This document shows positions 1-9,166 of a stretch of 40,257 nt of DNA, one piece after another; position 1 is the first letter of the stretch, and each line of letters opens with the position of its first letter. The position numbers and the translations under genes were made by a program. Below the pieces are notes generated by a model. It had not been told where the DNA came from. It made no database searches and saw only the letters and a program-made list of their open reading frames with translations. The stretch covers positions 1-40,257 of the forward strand of contig JAAOXV010000013.1 in assembly GCA_018220955.1 (NCBI GenBank). The letters run 5' to 3'. The stretch comes from Candidatus Altiarchaeota archaeon (GTDB lineage: Archaea; SpSt-1190).

Positions 1-408
1 ATTGAGGCAAGAAAAGCTGGCATAGACTGTCAGGTTATACATGCACCCTCGGTCATAAACGTTATCTCACGAACTGGGCTTTCTTCTTACAAGTTTGGTC
101 GGATAGTTACACTCTCAAAACCATTTGAGTCTGATAAAAAGAAAATCGAATCAAATCTCAAGACTGACCTGCACACACTTGTCCTGCTAGACCCTGTTAT
201 TGATATGCAAATGGGTCTAGCTATCCTCAGTCAATTCAATATCAAATCCAAACTAATTGCATGTGCAAGACTTGGAACCAAAACAGAAATGATAAAATAT
301 GCATTAGCAGCAGAGCTGGAAAAAATAGATTTTGGGGACCGCCCGCATTGTTTGATTATTCCGGCAAAGCTTCAATTCTTTGAGCAAGAATTTCTCGAGC
401 TATTTTAG
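1..408 (+). CDS. dph5: Diphthine synthase, C-terminal part (5' truncated by window)
   Basis: Frame 1 is open from base 1: IEARKAGIDCQVIHAPSVINVISRTGLSSYKFGRIVTL...NLKTDLHTLVLLD...ARLG...DFGDRPHCLIIPAKL. The GLSSYKFGR, HTLVLLD and PHCLIIP motifs match Dph5. Confidence 0.93.
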   Translation: MEARKAGIDCQVIHAPSVINVISRTGLSSYKFGRIVTLSKPFESDKKKIESNLKTDLHTLVLLDPVIDMQMGLAILSQFNIKSKLIACARLGTKTEMIKYALAAELEKIDFGDRPHCLIIPAKLQFFEQEFLELF

Positions 409-1043
409 CACTCGCCTGTTTCAGTAATTTGTCTGACCCAAACATCTTGTTCTTGATAGACAGCGGTCCCATTGAATATTCTATAATTTGTTTGGTCGAT
501 ACATCTTTCATCGACTAGCTCATCCACACTGTCAATCAGACCTTCTAATTCAGACCAATCTAGCTCAGGTAGAAGAAGGCTAAAATTGAATTTAGCTGAG
601 ATATGGTGTTCGCTTGTGATTTCTCTTGAAATAGTGAGTATGTTTTCATTAAGTGCAAGATTGACCCTCCAAGCACCAGAATAACGACCTAATTCATTGA
701 TTGCAATCTGGTGAACAAAAAAAGCTGTTGTATAATCGTCATCCTGTTCTTCACAAGGGATACCGATAAAATCCCGCTCGCCGATAGAGATTAAGCCACA
801 ACCGCCAAGACCGCCACGTCTAAGAATATTCTTGGCTGCCTCTTGTGCCCAACTTTCCTGACTTAGCTCAGCATATCTTTGAGCGTTCCTGCCCATATAC
901 ATTAGGTCGACCAAGTTCATATCATCAGCGCTTGTTTCAAGTATTCGGGTTTCTTCTGACATATAAACAATATACAGGGCTCCAACTACACCTAACAACG
1001 CACCAGCGAGTATTGCCACCATCTGAGCTCCAATACCTTTCAT
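405..1043 (-). CDS. Pilin-like protein with class III signal peptide (last gene of T4P operon)
   Basis: MKG|IGAQMVAILAGALLGVVGALYIVYM; 4 Cys; ATGA overlap with the upstream gene. Confidence 0.7.
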   Translation of the reverse strand: MKGIGAQMVAILAGALLGVVGALYIVYMSEETRILETSADDMNLVDLMYMGRNAQRYAELSQESWAQEAAKNILRRGGLGGCGLISIGERDFIGIPCEEQDDDYTTAFFVHQIAINELGRYSGAWRVNLALNENILTISREITSEHHISAKFNFSLLLPELDWSELEGLIDSVDELVDERCIDQTNYRIFNGTAVYQEQDVWVRQITETGEC

Positions 1044-1462
1044 TCAACCACTTCCTCCAGACCTGAGTAGATTATTAGTGAACCTCCGGGTGGTATGGCG
1101 TGAATCGCCATTGCTCTACCGCCATCACCAGTCGAGCTGATTATGCTTCCTGACTGATTGAGCAACACAAAATTCTCACCATAGCTCATTAGCTCGATTG
1201 TTATGTTTCCTTTGCTAGTTAGCTCACTGTTGATTTTGACTGCCTCACTTAGCTGGTTAAAGAACGGCTCGCCACCACTTGTTCTCATAGTGATTGCTTG
1301 TAGATACGGATAACCAGGTTCAAGTCCTTGTCTTAGCTGGAACTCGGTTATTGACCTGAAATTATAGCTGATGGCTAGGATGATTCCTAGCGCAAGCGAA
1401 AATCCCATCATAAACATTGATGCAACATTTACTCCGGTTTTTGCTCCTGCTATACTTGCCAT
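1040..1462 (-). CDS. Pilin-like/T4P accessory protein with N-terminal hydrophobic helix
   Basis: Start moved to ATG 1462 (TAATG overlap with the upstream stop, GGAGG upstream): MASIAGAKTGVNVASMFMMGFSLALGIILAISY. Confidence 0.65.
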   Translation of the reverse strand: MASIAGAKTGVNVASMFMMGFSLALGIILAISYNFRSITEFQLRQGLEPGYPYLQAITMRTSGGEPFFNQLSEAVKINSELTSKGNITIELMSYGENFVLLNQSGSIISSTGDGGRAMAIHAIPPGGSLIIYSGLEEVVE

Positions 1463-2238
1463 TAGACTTCGCCTCCATACCAATCAGCTTGCCCAACTAG
1501 CTCGCGCATCCAGCCAGCTGTCTGTAACCACTTGTTTTCTGGGTCACATCCAGGTTTGACAGCTATTCCAAGATAACCTAGGTGATTTGAGCCACTGGAT
1601 TCTATTGTGACTGGCAGGATATAGTATGCCATAGTGGTTGGTTGACATGTGCTGATAGCCCCGATACCACGGTCATTCTCAGCCTGTTTTGTGATATCGC
1701 TTATAAAATCGCAATAACCTGCCTGCAAGTCCCGATAACCTTCGCAAATCCCGGTTGCATCCATCATAGTCTCGCCACCGCTTCTGAACGGAAATCCCCC
1801 ATCTAAATCATCAACATAGCTGTGAATTAAGCTAGTCATTTCTCCAAGTATACAGCTGTCGATCAAAGGAGCAAGAAGGTCAACCTGAGAATTAATTTCA
1901 GCTGAAAATTCTTTTGAACCATCTTTCCAACCATCTGGGGTTGAGTAACCAACAAGACATGTGGCCATATCAGCTGTCTGAATTTCACTCCACACCATTT
2001 CATCTGTGTTATGGTTATACAATACTCCGACCAGCTGATATGTTGGAATGACTGGCAGTTCTAACCCAGTGTTCACAATTCCATCCCCTGCCATCCAATG
2101 AGCTGAAAAAAACGCGATTCGAACAACAGCCCACTTTTGAATAGTTGATATTGTAATTGTGGAAAACATGGCTGCAATGCTGATAGACAATAAAGCGATA
2201 ACAATGATGCCAGCAAACCAACCGGTTGAACCTTTCAC
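1462..2238 (-). CDS. Pilin-like protein with class III signal peptide
   Basis: MKG|STGWFAGIIVIALLSISIAAMF; 6 Cys in the extracellular part. Confidence 0.72.
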   Translation of the reverse strand: MKGSTGWFAGIIVIALLSISIAAMFSTITISTIQKWAVVRIAFFSAHWMAGDGIVNTGLELPVIPTYQLVGVLYNHNTDEMVWSEIQTADMATCLVGYSTPDGWKDGSKEFSAEINSQVDLLAPLIDSCILGEMTSLIHSYVDDLDGGFPFRSGGETMMDATGICEGYRDLQAGYCDFISDITKQAENDRGIGAISTCQPTTMAYYILPVTIESSGSNHLGYLGIAVKPGCDPENKWLQTAGWMRELVGQADWYGGEV

Positions 2239-2645
2239 TCTATTACCTCCTGGTCAATTCCCTGTTCACCTGCACCACTCCAAAAAACGAACCGTTCATA
2301 ACCATCACCACTAAAGACAGAGTCGATTTGACCTGGATATGTGGCCCAGGCAAACTGATAGCTCTCGCCGTTTTGGCTTGGGGTGATGATTCCTGTTGCT
2401 GAGCTGTCGGGTGAGCTGATACGATATACTGATTTGATTGAGTCAAGAATAAGCTGAGAGTCGGAATGCATTCCAGATATGGTGGCACAGCTGGCATACT
2501 TACCAGTGTAAATTCCGAGATTGGTGACAAGCGTGGACCGCGCCATTAGTGATGACATGGCCGCAACAGCTATGAGTAGTGTACCAAATAAAAACAGGTT
2601 TTTGTAAAGGTCTGTTGATACTGCAACGCTCTCGTCCACTCCCAC
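2235..2645 (-). CDS. Pilin-like/T4P accessory protein, single N-terminal TM helix
   Basis: LFLFGTLLIAVAAMSSLM hydrophobic segment; fits the operon packing; GTG start uncertain. Confidence 0.6.
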   Translation of the reverse strand: MGVDESVAVSTDLYKNLFLFGTLLIAVAAMSSLMARSTLVTNLGIYTGKYASCATISGMHSDSQLILDSIKSVYRISSPDSSATGIITPSQNGESYQFAWATYPGQIDSVFSGDGYERFVFWSGAGEQGIDQEVIE

Positions 2646-2678
2646 ATAGCCAGAACCCTGCCAGGATATTTATCTGTT

Positions 2679-3134
2679 TCAATAGCCTGTAAGCGAAATG
2701 GTTTCATCATTCAAATTGATTTTGGCTGTTCGCGTGAATCCAATTGGTGCCAGGAAAACTGTTTGATCTGGCTTAGTTGTTGCAAGTGCAGTACATCCAG
2801 ACAAGGCAGTGGTGAATCTTGGAATCATTACACACACAACTCCGTGTGAGCCAAAACATAGTTCGTTTATTTTTTCTTTGATGTCTTGTGGCACTTCCCA
2901 TCCATCATTTGCAGTATAGCTGATACCACTACAAGGCCCAATCAACACATAATAGTTGCCTGGAATAGTTACAAAAGCTTCATTTTGAATCTGGTCTCGC
3001 ATTTTTCTTGCAGTCAAGTCAAGTCGAGTGTTCTCGCCAGTCAGCAATCCAATAATCTGCTCAAGTTGAGCCGAAGAAATAAGAGCTACAAGCCCTAAAA
3101 TCAAGATAATGAATAGAGGGGTTATCCCTCGCAT
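2679..3134 (-). CDS. Pilin-like protein with class III signal peptide
   Basis: MRG|ITPLFIILILGLVALISSA; 4 Cys. Confidence 0.75.
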   Translation of the reverse strand: MRGITPLFIILILGLVALISSAQLEQIIGLLTGENTRLDLTARKMRDQIQNEAFVTIPGNYYVLIGPCSGISYTANDGWEVPQDIKEKINELCFGSHGVVCVMIPRFTTALSGCTALATTKPDQTVFLAPIGFTRTAKINLNDETISLTGY

Positions 3135-3135
3135 T

Positions 3136-3573
3136 TCACCACATCCCGCTTGCTTCCATTATATCATTGGTAGCAGTATGGCATCTGTCTGGATCAAAGT
3201 ATTGATTCAGCTGAACTTCAGAGACAAATCCCTTTTTCCAGAGATACACAGCGCAATCACACGGATTAAGAACTTCACCTTCTTCAAATTCTTCGCGTGT
3301 GAAATACTTGGTGGTCAATGCTGCTGCAGAGACACTTGCTTTTGCCAGATTGGTTTCATCAATTGTGGATTCCACAAAACCATTGGTTTCCCAAGTCCTG
3401 CAAAAAGTTGTTAGATAATTTTCCGCGTTTCCTATCTCTATTTCACCTAGCCAATCATCAAAGGTCTGGGTTGCCTGGGTTTTTGAAAGCAGTTGATACA
3501 TTGTGATTCCAACTACCAATGCCAGTAAAAGTGTGATAATAATCCAAATCGGTTGTGATGCTTGACCTCTCAT
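3136..3573 (-). CDS. Type IV pilin-like protein (RG|QxS class III signal)
   Basis: MRG|QASQPIWIIITLLLALVVGITMY resembles the archaeal RGQxS signal; AGGTGA RBS upstream; 4 Cys. Confidence 0.8.
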   Translation of the reverse strand: MRGQASQPIWIIITLLLALVVGITMYQLLSKTQATQTFDDWLGEIEIGNAENYLTTFCRTWETNGFVESTIDETNLAKASVSAAALTTKYFTREEFEEGEVLNPCDCAVYLWKKGFVSEVQLNQYFDPDRCHTATNDIMEASGMW

Positions 3574-3581
3574 TTTGTCAC

Positions 3582-4430
3582 CTAGCTAAGTTTAAACGGA
3601 TTTGATATTAATGCATATGCATCCTCTGAATTCTTGAGTGCTGCGGTGATTTTGTTTTGTTGATCGATAACATCTTTACACATATAGGCTAGTGCCTCAC
3701 CACAACTGTTGTCAAAAAAGCCCTCAACAAGACCTATTACATAGTCTTCATCTTCAAGAGAACTCATGTCTATTTCTACAATATAATTATTAACACAATC
3801 CATACAAATAATCAGGTTTGGACATAATGAATCTGGACACCAGCTTGCTAGGATGACCGCCTTTTTTTCTATATTAGCCAAGGACTTTACTACACCTAAT
3901 GGAGAAATTGTTGAGATTCTCCGAATCGGGTCATCTTCTGGAACATCATTCTTTAGCTGTTGTAAAAAGGCTAGGTACTCATTTTCAATCGCGCTGATTA
4001 TGGTTGTGCTTGGTGAAAAGCCCTGACCAGGCGCAGATGTTTGCCCCCATGTTGAACATTTTAGAACAAGACTGGTAAATACAGTTTGTTGGTCAGAAAT
4101 CACCGATGCTTCAATACCTTCAATCGTATTTACCAGCTTGTTATCAATCAACCCACCTCCTGATGATAGAGCACACTCAAGCGGACTATCACATTTTAGT
4201 TTGTGTTCAAAATAGAGTGCCAAATAAGAGCGCTCTTGTTGGGTGATTTGTGCTGACCCCATGGTCACTGAGCTGAGTATCTTGGTTTCCATTGATGCGA
4301 AGCCAAGCTTTGATTGAAGCGGGTTAGAGATTCCAACACCAAAATTAAAAATAAAGATTAAGACATTTATGATTATGATTGCAGTGACGACCCCTACTGC
4401 TAACCGAATGGTTGAATTTACTTCAGTCAT
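3582..4430 (-). CDS. Cys-rich membrane-anchored pilin-like/adhesin protein
   Basis: N-terminal helix AVGVVTAIIIINVLIFIFNF; 9 Cys; ATGA overlap with the upstream gene. Confidence 0.65.
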   Translation of the reverse strand: MTEVNSTIRLAVGVVTAIIIINVLIFIFNFGVGISNPLQSKLGFASMETKILSSVTMGSAQITQQERSYLALYFEHKLKCDSPLECALSSGGGLIDNKLVNTIEGIEASVISDQQTVFTSLVLKCSTWGQTSAPGQGFSPSTTIISAIENEYLAFLQQLKNDVPEDDPIRRISTISPLGVVKSLANIEKKAVILASWCPDSLCPNLIICMDCVNNYIVEIDMSSLEDEDYVIGLVEGFFDNSCGEALAYMCKDVIDQQNKITAALKNSEDAYALISNPFKLS

Positions 4431-4915
4431 ATAACTCCTCCTGGTGACCCGCTCATTATGTCGCGAGCTATACTCATGATTATCTGGTCTTTCTCAAGCT
4501 CATCTAGCTCGCCATCAACCGGCGGCAGTGATAATCTTATTCCAATTAGCTCTTCTATTTCACCAGCTCTAGTGTCTCTGTCCTGCCCTGCATCTATGAG
4601 CTCAAGGTAAATCGCACAACCGAGCTTGCATTTTGTATAATCAGTACCACAATTCAAACTAGTGCTTCCGTATGTGGAATACAGCTTTAGGTCAGACTTG
4701 TATGTTTCCCAAGCAGCCCTTGTGAAATAACCACTGTAAAACTCACCGCATGCAGTTTCAAGTGCGTTTGAATCACCTGTTCTAAAATACCAACCTGTTT
4801 CAATGTCTATACCCATCTTGACTTTTCCGAGTGCTTGAAAACTCACACCCGACATTACAAGTGCTATCAAAATACCTACAATCAATCCGACATGGATGGT
4901 TTCAATACCTTTCAA
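4427..4915 (-). CDS. Pilin-like protein with class III signal peptide
   Basis: TTG start with GAGGTGA upstream; MKG|IETIHVGLIVGILIALVMSG; 4 Cys. Confidence 0.72.
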   Translation of the reverse strand: MKGIETIHVGLIVGILIALVMSGVSFQALGKVKMGIDIETGWYFRTGDSNALETACGEFYSGYFTRAAWETYKSDLKLYSTYGSTSLNCGTDYTKCKLGCAIYLELIDAGQDRDTRAGEIEELIGIRLSLPPVDGELDELEKDQIIMSIARDIMSGSPGGVI

Positions 4916-4919
4916 ACCA

Positions 4920-5477
4920 TCACCTCAGGAGCTTGCCTGAGCATGCAGATTCAATCATGTTTGAGTCAACCGCGTTTGGTTTACATGGACTGCTGATGAC
5001 TTGAATCATACCTTCAAAACACTGAATTTCGTCATCTGGACAGCTTGCATGACAGAGCTCATATGTCCTGATTATGTTTGAGCAAGCGTTTATGCATACT
5101 GAAATCTCATCTGATTGGATGTATCCATCGCCAGCACAGTGTCTGGTCTCCTCACCAGAATAACATTCAGTTGCATATTCTTCTATTATCTCACCGCAAC
5201 AGCGCCGCAGGTCTTCATATGGTTTCATCATATCATGAATCTTGAAAGTTTCCAAAATCTCTTTTGCATTGTATTTTTGTGAGCCGGCTGATAACCAGTC
5301 TGAACAGATAGTTTGCATATCAATTGGGTTCATTCGATTGCTCTGTGACTCACCTATCTTCCAAATATTTTCTATTCCCAGGCTGCTCTGACCGATTATT
5401 TTAAACCCGAGTATAAGTAAGGTGCCTGCGATGATTATGCCCATAACAACTGGAATGATTTGACCTATATCTGACAT
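4920..5477 (-). CDS. Very Cys-rich pilin-like protein
   Basis: MSDIGQIIPVVMGIIIAGTLLILGF followed by a domain with 12 Cys. Confidence 0.68.
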   Translation of the reverse strand: MSDIGQIIPVVMGIIIAGTLLILGFKIIGQSSLGIENIWKIGESQSNRMNPIDMQTICSDWLSAGSQKYNAKEILETFKIHDMMKPYEDLRRCCGEIIEEYATECYSGEETRHCAGDGYIQSDEISVCINACSNIIRTYELCHASCPDDEIQCFEGMIQVISSPCKPNAVDSNMIESACSGKLLR

Positions 5478-5510
5478 TATTTTGAATGAGCTCTGCCGGT
5501 ATTTATTGAT

Positions 5511-5666
5511 TTATGTGGGTAAAAAACTCAATAATGGCTCGAGCATTCGTTTCAAAATCGGTGCAAGGAACTTTATTGTGATTAATATCCCGATAAGCAC
5601 AAGAACAATCAGGATTACGAATCTGAGCCCGCCCTCAGACATCTGGCCTTTTATTCCATCTGCCAT
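5511..5666 (-). CDS. 51-aa pilin-like microprotein with KG|Q class III signal (not in ORF track)
   Basis: Hand translation: MADGIKG|QMSEGGLRFVILIVLVLIGILITIKFLAPILKRMLEPLLSFLPT*. Alternative start ATG 5642. Confidence 0.7.
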   Translation of the reverse strand: MADGIKGQMSEGGLRFVILIVLVLIGILITIKFLAPILKRMLEPLLSFLPT

Positions 5667-6016
5667 GTATGAACTATTGTGCCCTGATAGTAAAGGTTTA
5701 TTCTTTCAGCGACAGAGAACTGTTCTATCGGAATTTCTATGACAGTCATGCTTCCTGCTGGCATATTGTTTGGAATATCTATCAGAGCTTCACCAGTGTT
5801 TGTCACCACCATAATCTCAAGCTCGCCACCAGCAACAGGCATATCGGGTATGATTTTCAGAAGATTGCCGGAAAGCCGATAATAGAATTGACTGTCACCA
5901 ACAGACAGGACCTCGATATCCCTTGCCTGAAGCATGAATACGATTGACAGGCTGGCTATTATCAAAATCACTATAACCACCATGCCAGCAATCCGCTTGA
6001 ATCCTTGTTCACTCAT
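5651..6016 (-). CDS. Membrane-anchored pilin-like/T4P accessory protein
   Basis: ATGA overlap at 6013-6016 gives MSEQGFKRIAGMVVIVILIIASLSIVFML followed by a beta-rich-looking domain. Confidence 0.62.
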   Translation of the reverse strand: MSEQGFKRIAGMVVIVILIIASLSIVFMLQARDIEVLSVGDSQFYYRLSGNLLKIIPDMPVAGGELEIMVVTNTGEALIDIPNNMPAGSMTVIEIPIEQFSVAERINLYYQGTIVHTWQME

Positions 6017-6348
6017 CTTTTCCACCCTATATCAGTGACCTGAACACAGACCGAGCTGTCTTGTTTCCAGGCTTCTATCTTGTATTGCTTGCCGACAGTG
6101 AGTTCAAATTCTCCTTGAAAATCAAGTGGTGACTCGCCGCATCTCGCATAGCTGGCCTGAAAGAGATCGAGTAAATCCATTTTGGTCTTGGGCACAAATA
6201 TCCCGGTTGATTCGCCTGAGCTATTGGCATCTTCAATCAGACTCTGAATTGAGATTTCACCTGTGTCAGAATGTGTATTGATATAGCTAACAAGAAAAAC
6301 AAAGAAAACTAGTGCTAGTATAATGGTCACGATTGCATCGAGTTCCAT
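6013..6348 (-). CDS. Pilin-like protein without basic leader
   Basis: MELDAIVTIILALVFFVFLVSYI; TAATG overlap, GGAGG upstream; 2 Cys. Confidence 0.68.
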   Translation of the reverse strand: MELDAIVTIILALVFFVFLVSYINTHSDTGEISIQSLIEDANSSGESTGIFVPKTKMDLLDLFQASYARCGESPLDFQGEFELTVGKQYKIEAWKQDSSVCVQVTDIGWKR

Positions 6349-6458
6349 TATATCCCTCCAAGTGCACTAGAGATTTTTCCAAATATCTTTAGTCCAAAAG
6401 TCAGAAACAGCAGTAACAATACAACTGCGCCAACCATCCAGATTGCTTTTTCCTCCAT
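6348..6458 (-). CDS. 36-aa pilin-like microprotein (not in ORF track)
   Basis: Hand translation: MEEKA|IWMVGAVVLLLLFLTFGLKIFGKISSALGGI*. Strong GGAGGTG RBS; its stop overlaps the next ATG. Confidence 0.72.
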   Translation of the reverse strand: MEEKAIWMVGAVVLLLLFLTFGLKIFGKISSALGGI

Positions 6459-6469
6459 TTTTACACCTC

Positions 6470-6664
6470 CTATATTCTAGCTCCTATCATTTCACCAACA
6501 CTTGATGCCATTGCAGTTACTTTTGTTTTTAGCTGAGTAGCGGCCAAGCTTGCGAGCCCAGACATAAATCCAGACCCCAGTGACCTAAATATAACAATGA
6601 TGGTGGCAAAAGCGATTAACAATCGTAAAAGTGCCATTATCGGAATTTCTGTTTTTTCACTCAT
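6470..6664 (-). CDS. Small hydrophobic pilin-like protein (64 aa)
   Basis: MSEKTEIPIMALLRLLIAFATIIVIFRSLGSG...; abuts the upstream stop. Confidence 0.62.
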   Translation of the reverse strand: MSEKTEIPIMALLRLLIAFATIIVIFRSLGSGFMSGLASLAATQLKTKVTAMASSVGEMIGARI

Positions 6665-6859
6665 TCAACCGACCCCCAGTCCTAGAAAACCTTTGCTGAT
6701 TCCAGATAATCCAGCTGATAGAAACTGACCTGACCCAGCTATCTGGAGAAAGAACCATCCGCCAGCCATGAATAAAGAGACGATTGCACCTATTTTGACA
6801 AGCGATATTGCAGATTCCAGCAGAAACGGGACTGTGTTCAAATAGTCTTCCAAGCTCAT
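6665..6859 (-). CDS. Small hydrophobic pilin-like protein (64 aa)
   Basis: Start at ATG 6859 (AGGTG upstream, 1 nt after the previous stop): MSLEDYLNTVPFLLESAISLVKIGAIVSLFMAGGWFFL... Confidence 0.6.
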   Translation of the reverse strand: MSLEDYLNTVPFLLESAISLVKIGAIVSLFMAGGWFFLQIAGSGQFLSAGLSGISKGFLGLGVG

Positions 6860-6860
6860 A

Positions 6861-7010
6861 TTATGCACCTATTGTATCAGATATCACCAGCATACTCTTA
6901 TAGATAATTGACTTGCCTTGGTTCAAAAAGAAAGTAGAGCCAGGACCAATCATTATCCAAAGCACCAATGCTATCACGACTATCATGATTATGAGTTGCC
7001 ATCCTTGCAT
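6861..7010 (-). CDS. 49-aa pilin-like microprotein (not in ORF track)
   Basis: Hand translation: MQGWQLIIMIVVIALVLWIMIGPGSTFFLNQGKSIIYKSMLVISDTIGA*. Its ATG directly follows the upstream TAA. Confidence 0.7.
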   Translation of the reverse strand: MQGWQLIIMIVVIALVLWIMIGPGSTFFLNQGKSIIYKSMLVISDTIGA

Positions 7011-7208
7011 TTAACCACCTAGGAAATATCTTATCGGAGTTTTGCCGATTGTGTTCAATAGAGCCACTATTGGTGTGGTTGCCACCCAAGCTATCTGCAT
7101 CACTCCTTTTACGACGCCGGGCGGCACACCGAGTAATACAAATATAACTATTGATAACAAAATCAGCGCCGGAATTGCCTGAATCATCCAGTTTGTCGGC
7201 TGCTCCAT
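7011..7208 (-). CDS. Small hydrophobic pilin-like protein (65 aa)
   Basis: Likely start ATG 7208 (TGATG overlap with the TadC stop): MEQPTNWMIQAIPALILLSIVIFVLLGVPPG... Confidence 0.68.
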   Translation of the reverse strand: MEQPTNWMIQAIPALILLSIVIFVLLGVPPGVVKGVMQIAWVATTPIVALLNTIGKTPIRYFLGG

Positions 7209-9133
7209 CACCACACCACCGAGGATGCCATGCCTCCGAATATCATGGCTACACACACGGTTGTGATAGCATAAACCACCACACCGACTGTTAACATGTT
7301 TCCTATATTTGCGTATATTGTCATTTTGTCCCATCCGTCCAGGAGTCCACCAACGAATGTGCCGAGTATTGTCATTGTAAGTAGTATGTATATTCCAATA
7401 ATAAGCTGTAGGAATGAGGGTTGGATGATGCCTTCTACATTGATAAACTGAGAAACATAGCTATAGCCAACCATCTCTCCGCCGACAAGTGAGCTGACCT
7501 GGCGGACAATCTGCATTAGGATATTGCTGGTTATCTCACCAAGCCCAACAATCGTGCCGGTGACGAGTGGAATCAAAAACATTCCCTGAAATTTCAGACC
7601 ACTCACTGAGTCAGACATCATATCAGTTATTTTGTCTTTTACATCCTGCATGTTTTTCAGATAACGAGATACATTAATGGCGGTCGAACTAGCGCTGTAA
7701 GGACCTTTTTCAGCACTCTTTAACAGAATCAACATAATATTTTTTATTAAGTTAGATGGGAAGCTCAACATTGCACCATGCTGTTCATCAAAAAGCGATT
7801 TTTCAAGTGGCCAGCCAAGTCGACGGACCCTGGTGGATGCAGCATGAAAAAACAGTTCGACCTCAGTTCCTTTCATCCTACCAGCTACGTCTTCAATTGC
7901 CTCTTCGATAGGGACTCCTTCTGACATAACGCTACCGAGCTGATAAAGTCCAGATGCAAATTCCTTTTCCAGTACCTCCACCCGCTTCTTTGTCTCTATA
8001 TTTTCCTGCGCCCAGCTAAGTAGATAAAGTCCAATCGGAAGGCCAATCGCAATTATGCCAGGCAAGGTGGAGACAGCTGGCGATGTATCTGAATGTACCA
8101 TTGGTATAATGATGTATGGATCACTCATAAACCACAATAATTGGATGGCTCCGAACAACAAGGCACTGAGCAGCATGAGCGGCCAGACATTATAGCTCTT
8201 GCCGAATAACCGGAGTCTGTATTTGGTTTTGCTATAAGTAATTTCAGAAAGATTGCTGGGCCGTTTGCCGAGAATATAGACGACTGTGAGCGCAAGTACG
8301 AGCGGAAGCACGAAATCATAAATAATAAACATTGGCGGGCCAAAGTTACCACTTGAAGCAAATATACTGATGATTGGTGCCATGACCAGCAACAAGACAG
8401 GTAGCATCACACCGAACGCGTTTGCTATCATGACTGGTGTGCCGAGTCCTCGTGCAAATCCCTCCATTACGCCCTTGGTTCCATCAAGCACGACTGACAC
8501 TGATTTCTCAAGTGTTCTCCTTTTCTTGTCCCCTGTTTCTCTCATTGAGCTGGCCACAAGATAAATGGCCTCTGAGAAATGCGAAGACCATTCCTTTGCT
8601 TCAAGTGAATAGTCTGAAAGTGCTTCTTGCATATCTGGTTTGTTTCTGGTTTCAACCTCCCACAGCAGCCGCTTGAATACCCTGCCCAGCGGGTCAGGTA
8701 AATTTGCAGCAGTGAATGCTACACTACTTTCTAGATTGGGCGTCACCTCCATTGCGATTACCAGATACATAATCGCCAAAGGCGATTGGCCGAGCAGCTG
8801 CATTCGTCTGATTCTTGCCAAATATTTTGGATAATACACAAAGCTGGCAAACACAAAGAGCGGCAGCAGAAATGCGAAAAAGCTGGTTATGTCAGAACCA
8901 GAAAGCAGGAAGATGACCGAAATCGGAAGAGAAAAGACAGCTGCAATCACGCCAAGTGAGACCGCGCATTCAAAGCTGGTTTGAATCTCTGCCATTCTTA
9001 ACTCCTTGTCAAAGTCTTCATATTTCCAATTGATGTTTAGAACTTCGTGTGCCTTTTTTGCAGCTCGCTCATATCTACCCAGATCCAGTTCCTGGTCTTT
9101 TAGGAAAGTCTCATAATAATGGCTTTTTTCCAC
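7208..9133 (-). CDS. T4P membrane platform protein, TadC/ArlJ-like with two T2SSF-type repeats
   Basis: Multi-TM; two cytoplasmic repeats (PNLESSVAF...PLGRVF and EFASGLYQLGSVMSEGVPIEEAI); directly downstream of a secretion ATPase. Confidence 0.85.
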   Translation of the reverse strand: MEKSHYYETFLKDQELDLGRYERAAKKAHEVLNINWKYEDFDKELRMAEIQTSFECAVSLGVIAAVFSLPISVIFLLSGSDITSFFAFLLPLFVFASFVYYPKYLARIRRMQLLGQSPLAIMYLVIAMEVTPNLESSVAFTAANLPDPLGRVFKRLLWEVETRNKPDMQEALSDYSLEAKEWSSHFSEAIYLVASSMRETGDKKRRTLEKSVSVVLDGTKGVMEGFARGLGTPVMIANAFGVMLPVLLLVMAPIISIFASSGNFGPPMFIIYDFVLPLVLALTVVYILGKRPSNLSEITYSKTKYRLRLFGKSYNVWPLMLLSALLFGAIQLLWFMSDPYIIIPMVHSDTSPAVSTLPGIIAIGLPIGLYLLSWAQENIETKKRVEVLEKEFASGLYQLGSVMSEGVPIEEAIEDVAGRMKGTEVELFFHAASTRVRRLGWPLEKSLFDEQHGAMLSFPSNLIKNIMLILLKSAEKGPYSASSTAINVSRYLKNMQDVKDKITDMMSDSVSGLKFQGMFLIPLVTGTIVGLGEITSNILMQIVRQVSSLVGGEMVGYSYVSQFINVEGIIQPSFLQLIIGIYILLTMTILGTFVGGLLDGWDKMTIYANIGNMLTVGVVVYAITTVCVAMIFGGMASSVVW

Positions 9134-9166
9134 ATTTTCAAGTAAATGCCCAAGTATTTATCTCTT

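Noticed and set aside
6898-7334. Track ORFs 6898..7089 and the long N-terminus of 7011..7334
   Set aside because: The better tiling is 7011..7208 plus 6861..7010 with exact stop-start coupling; the extension overlaps tadC.
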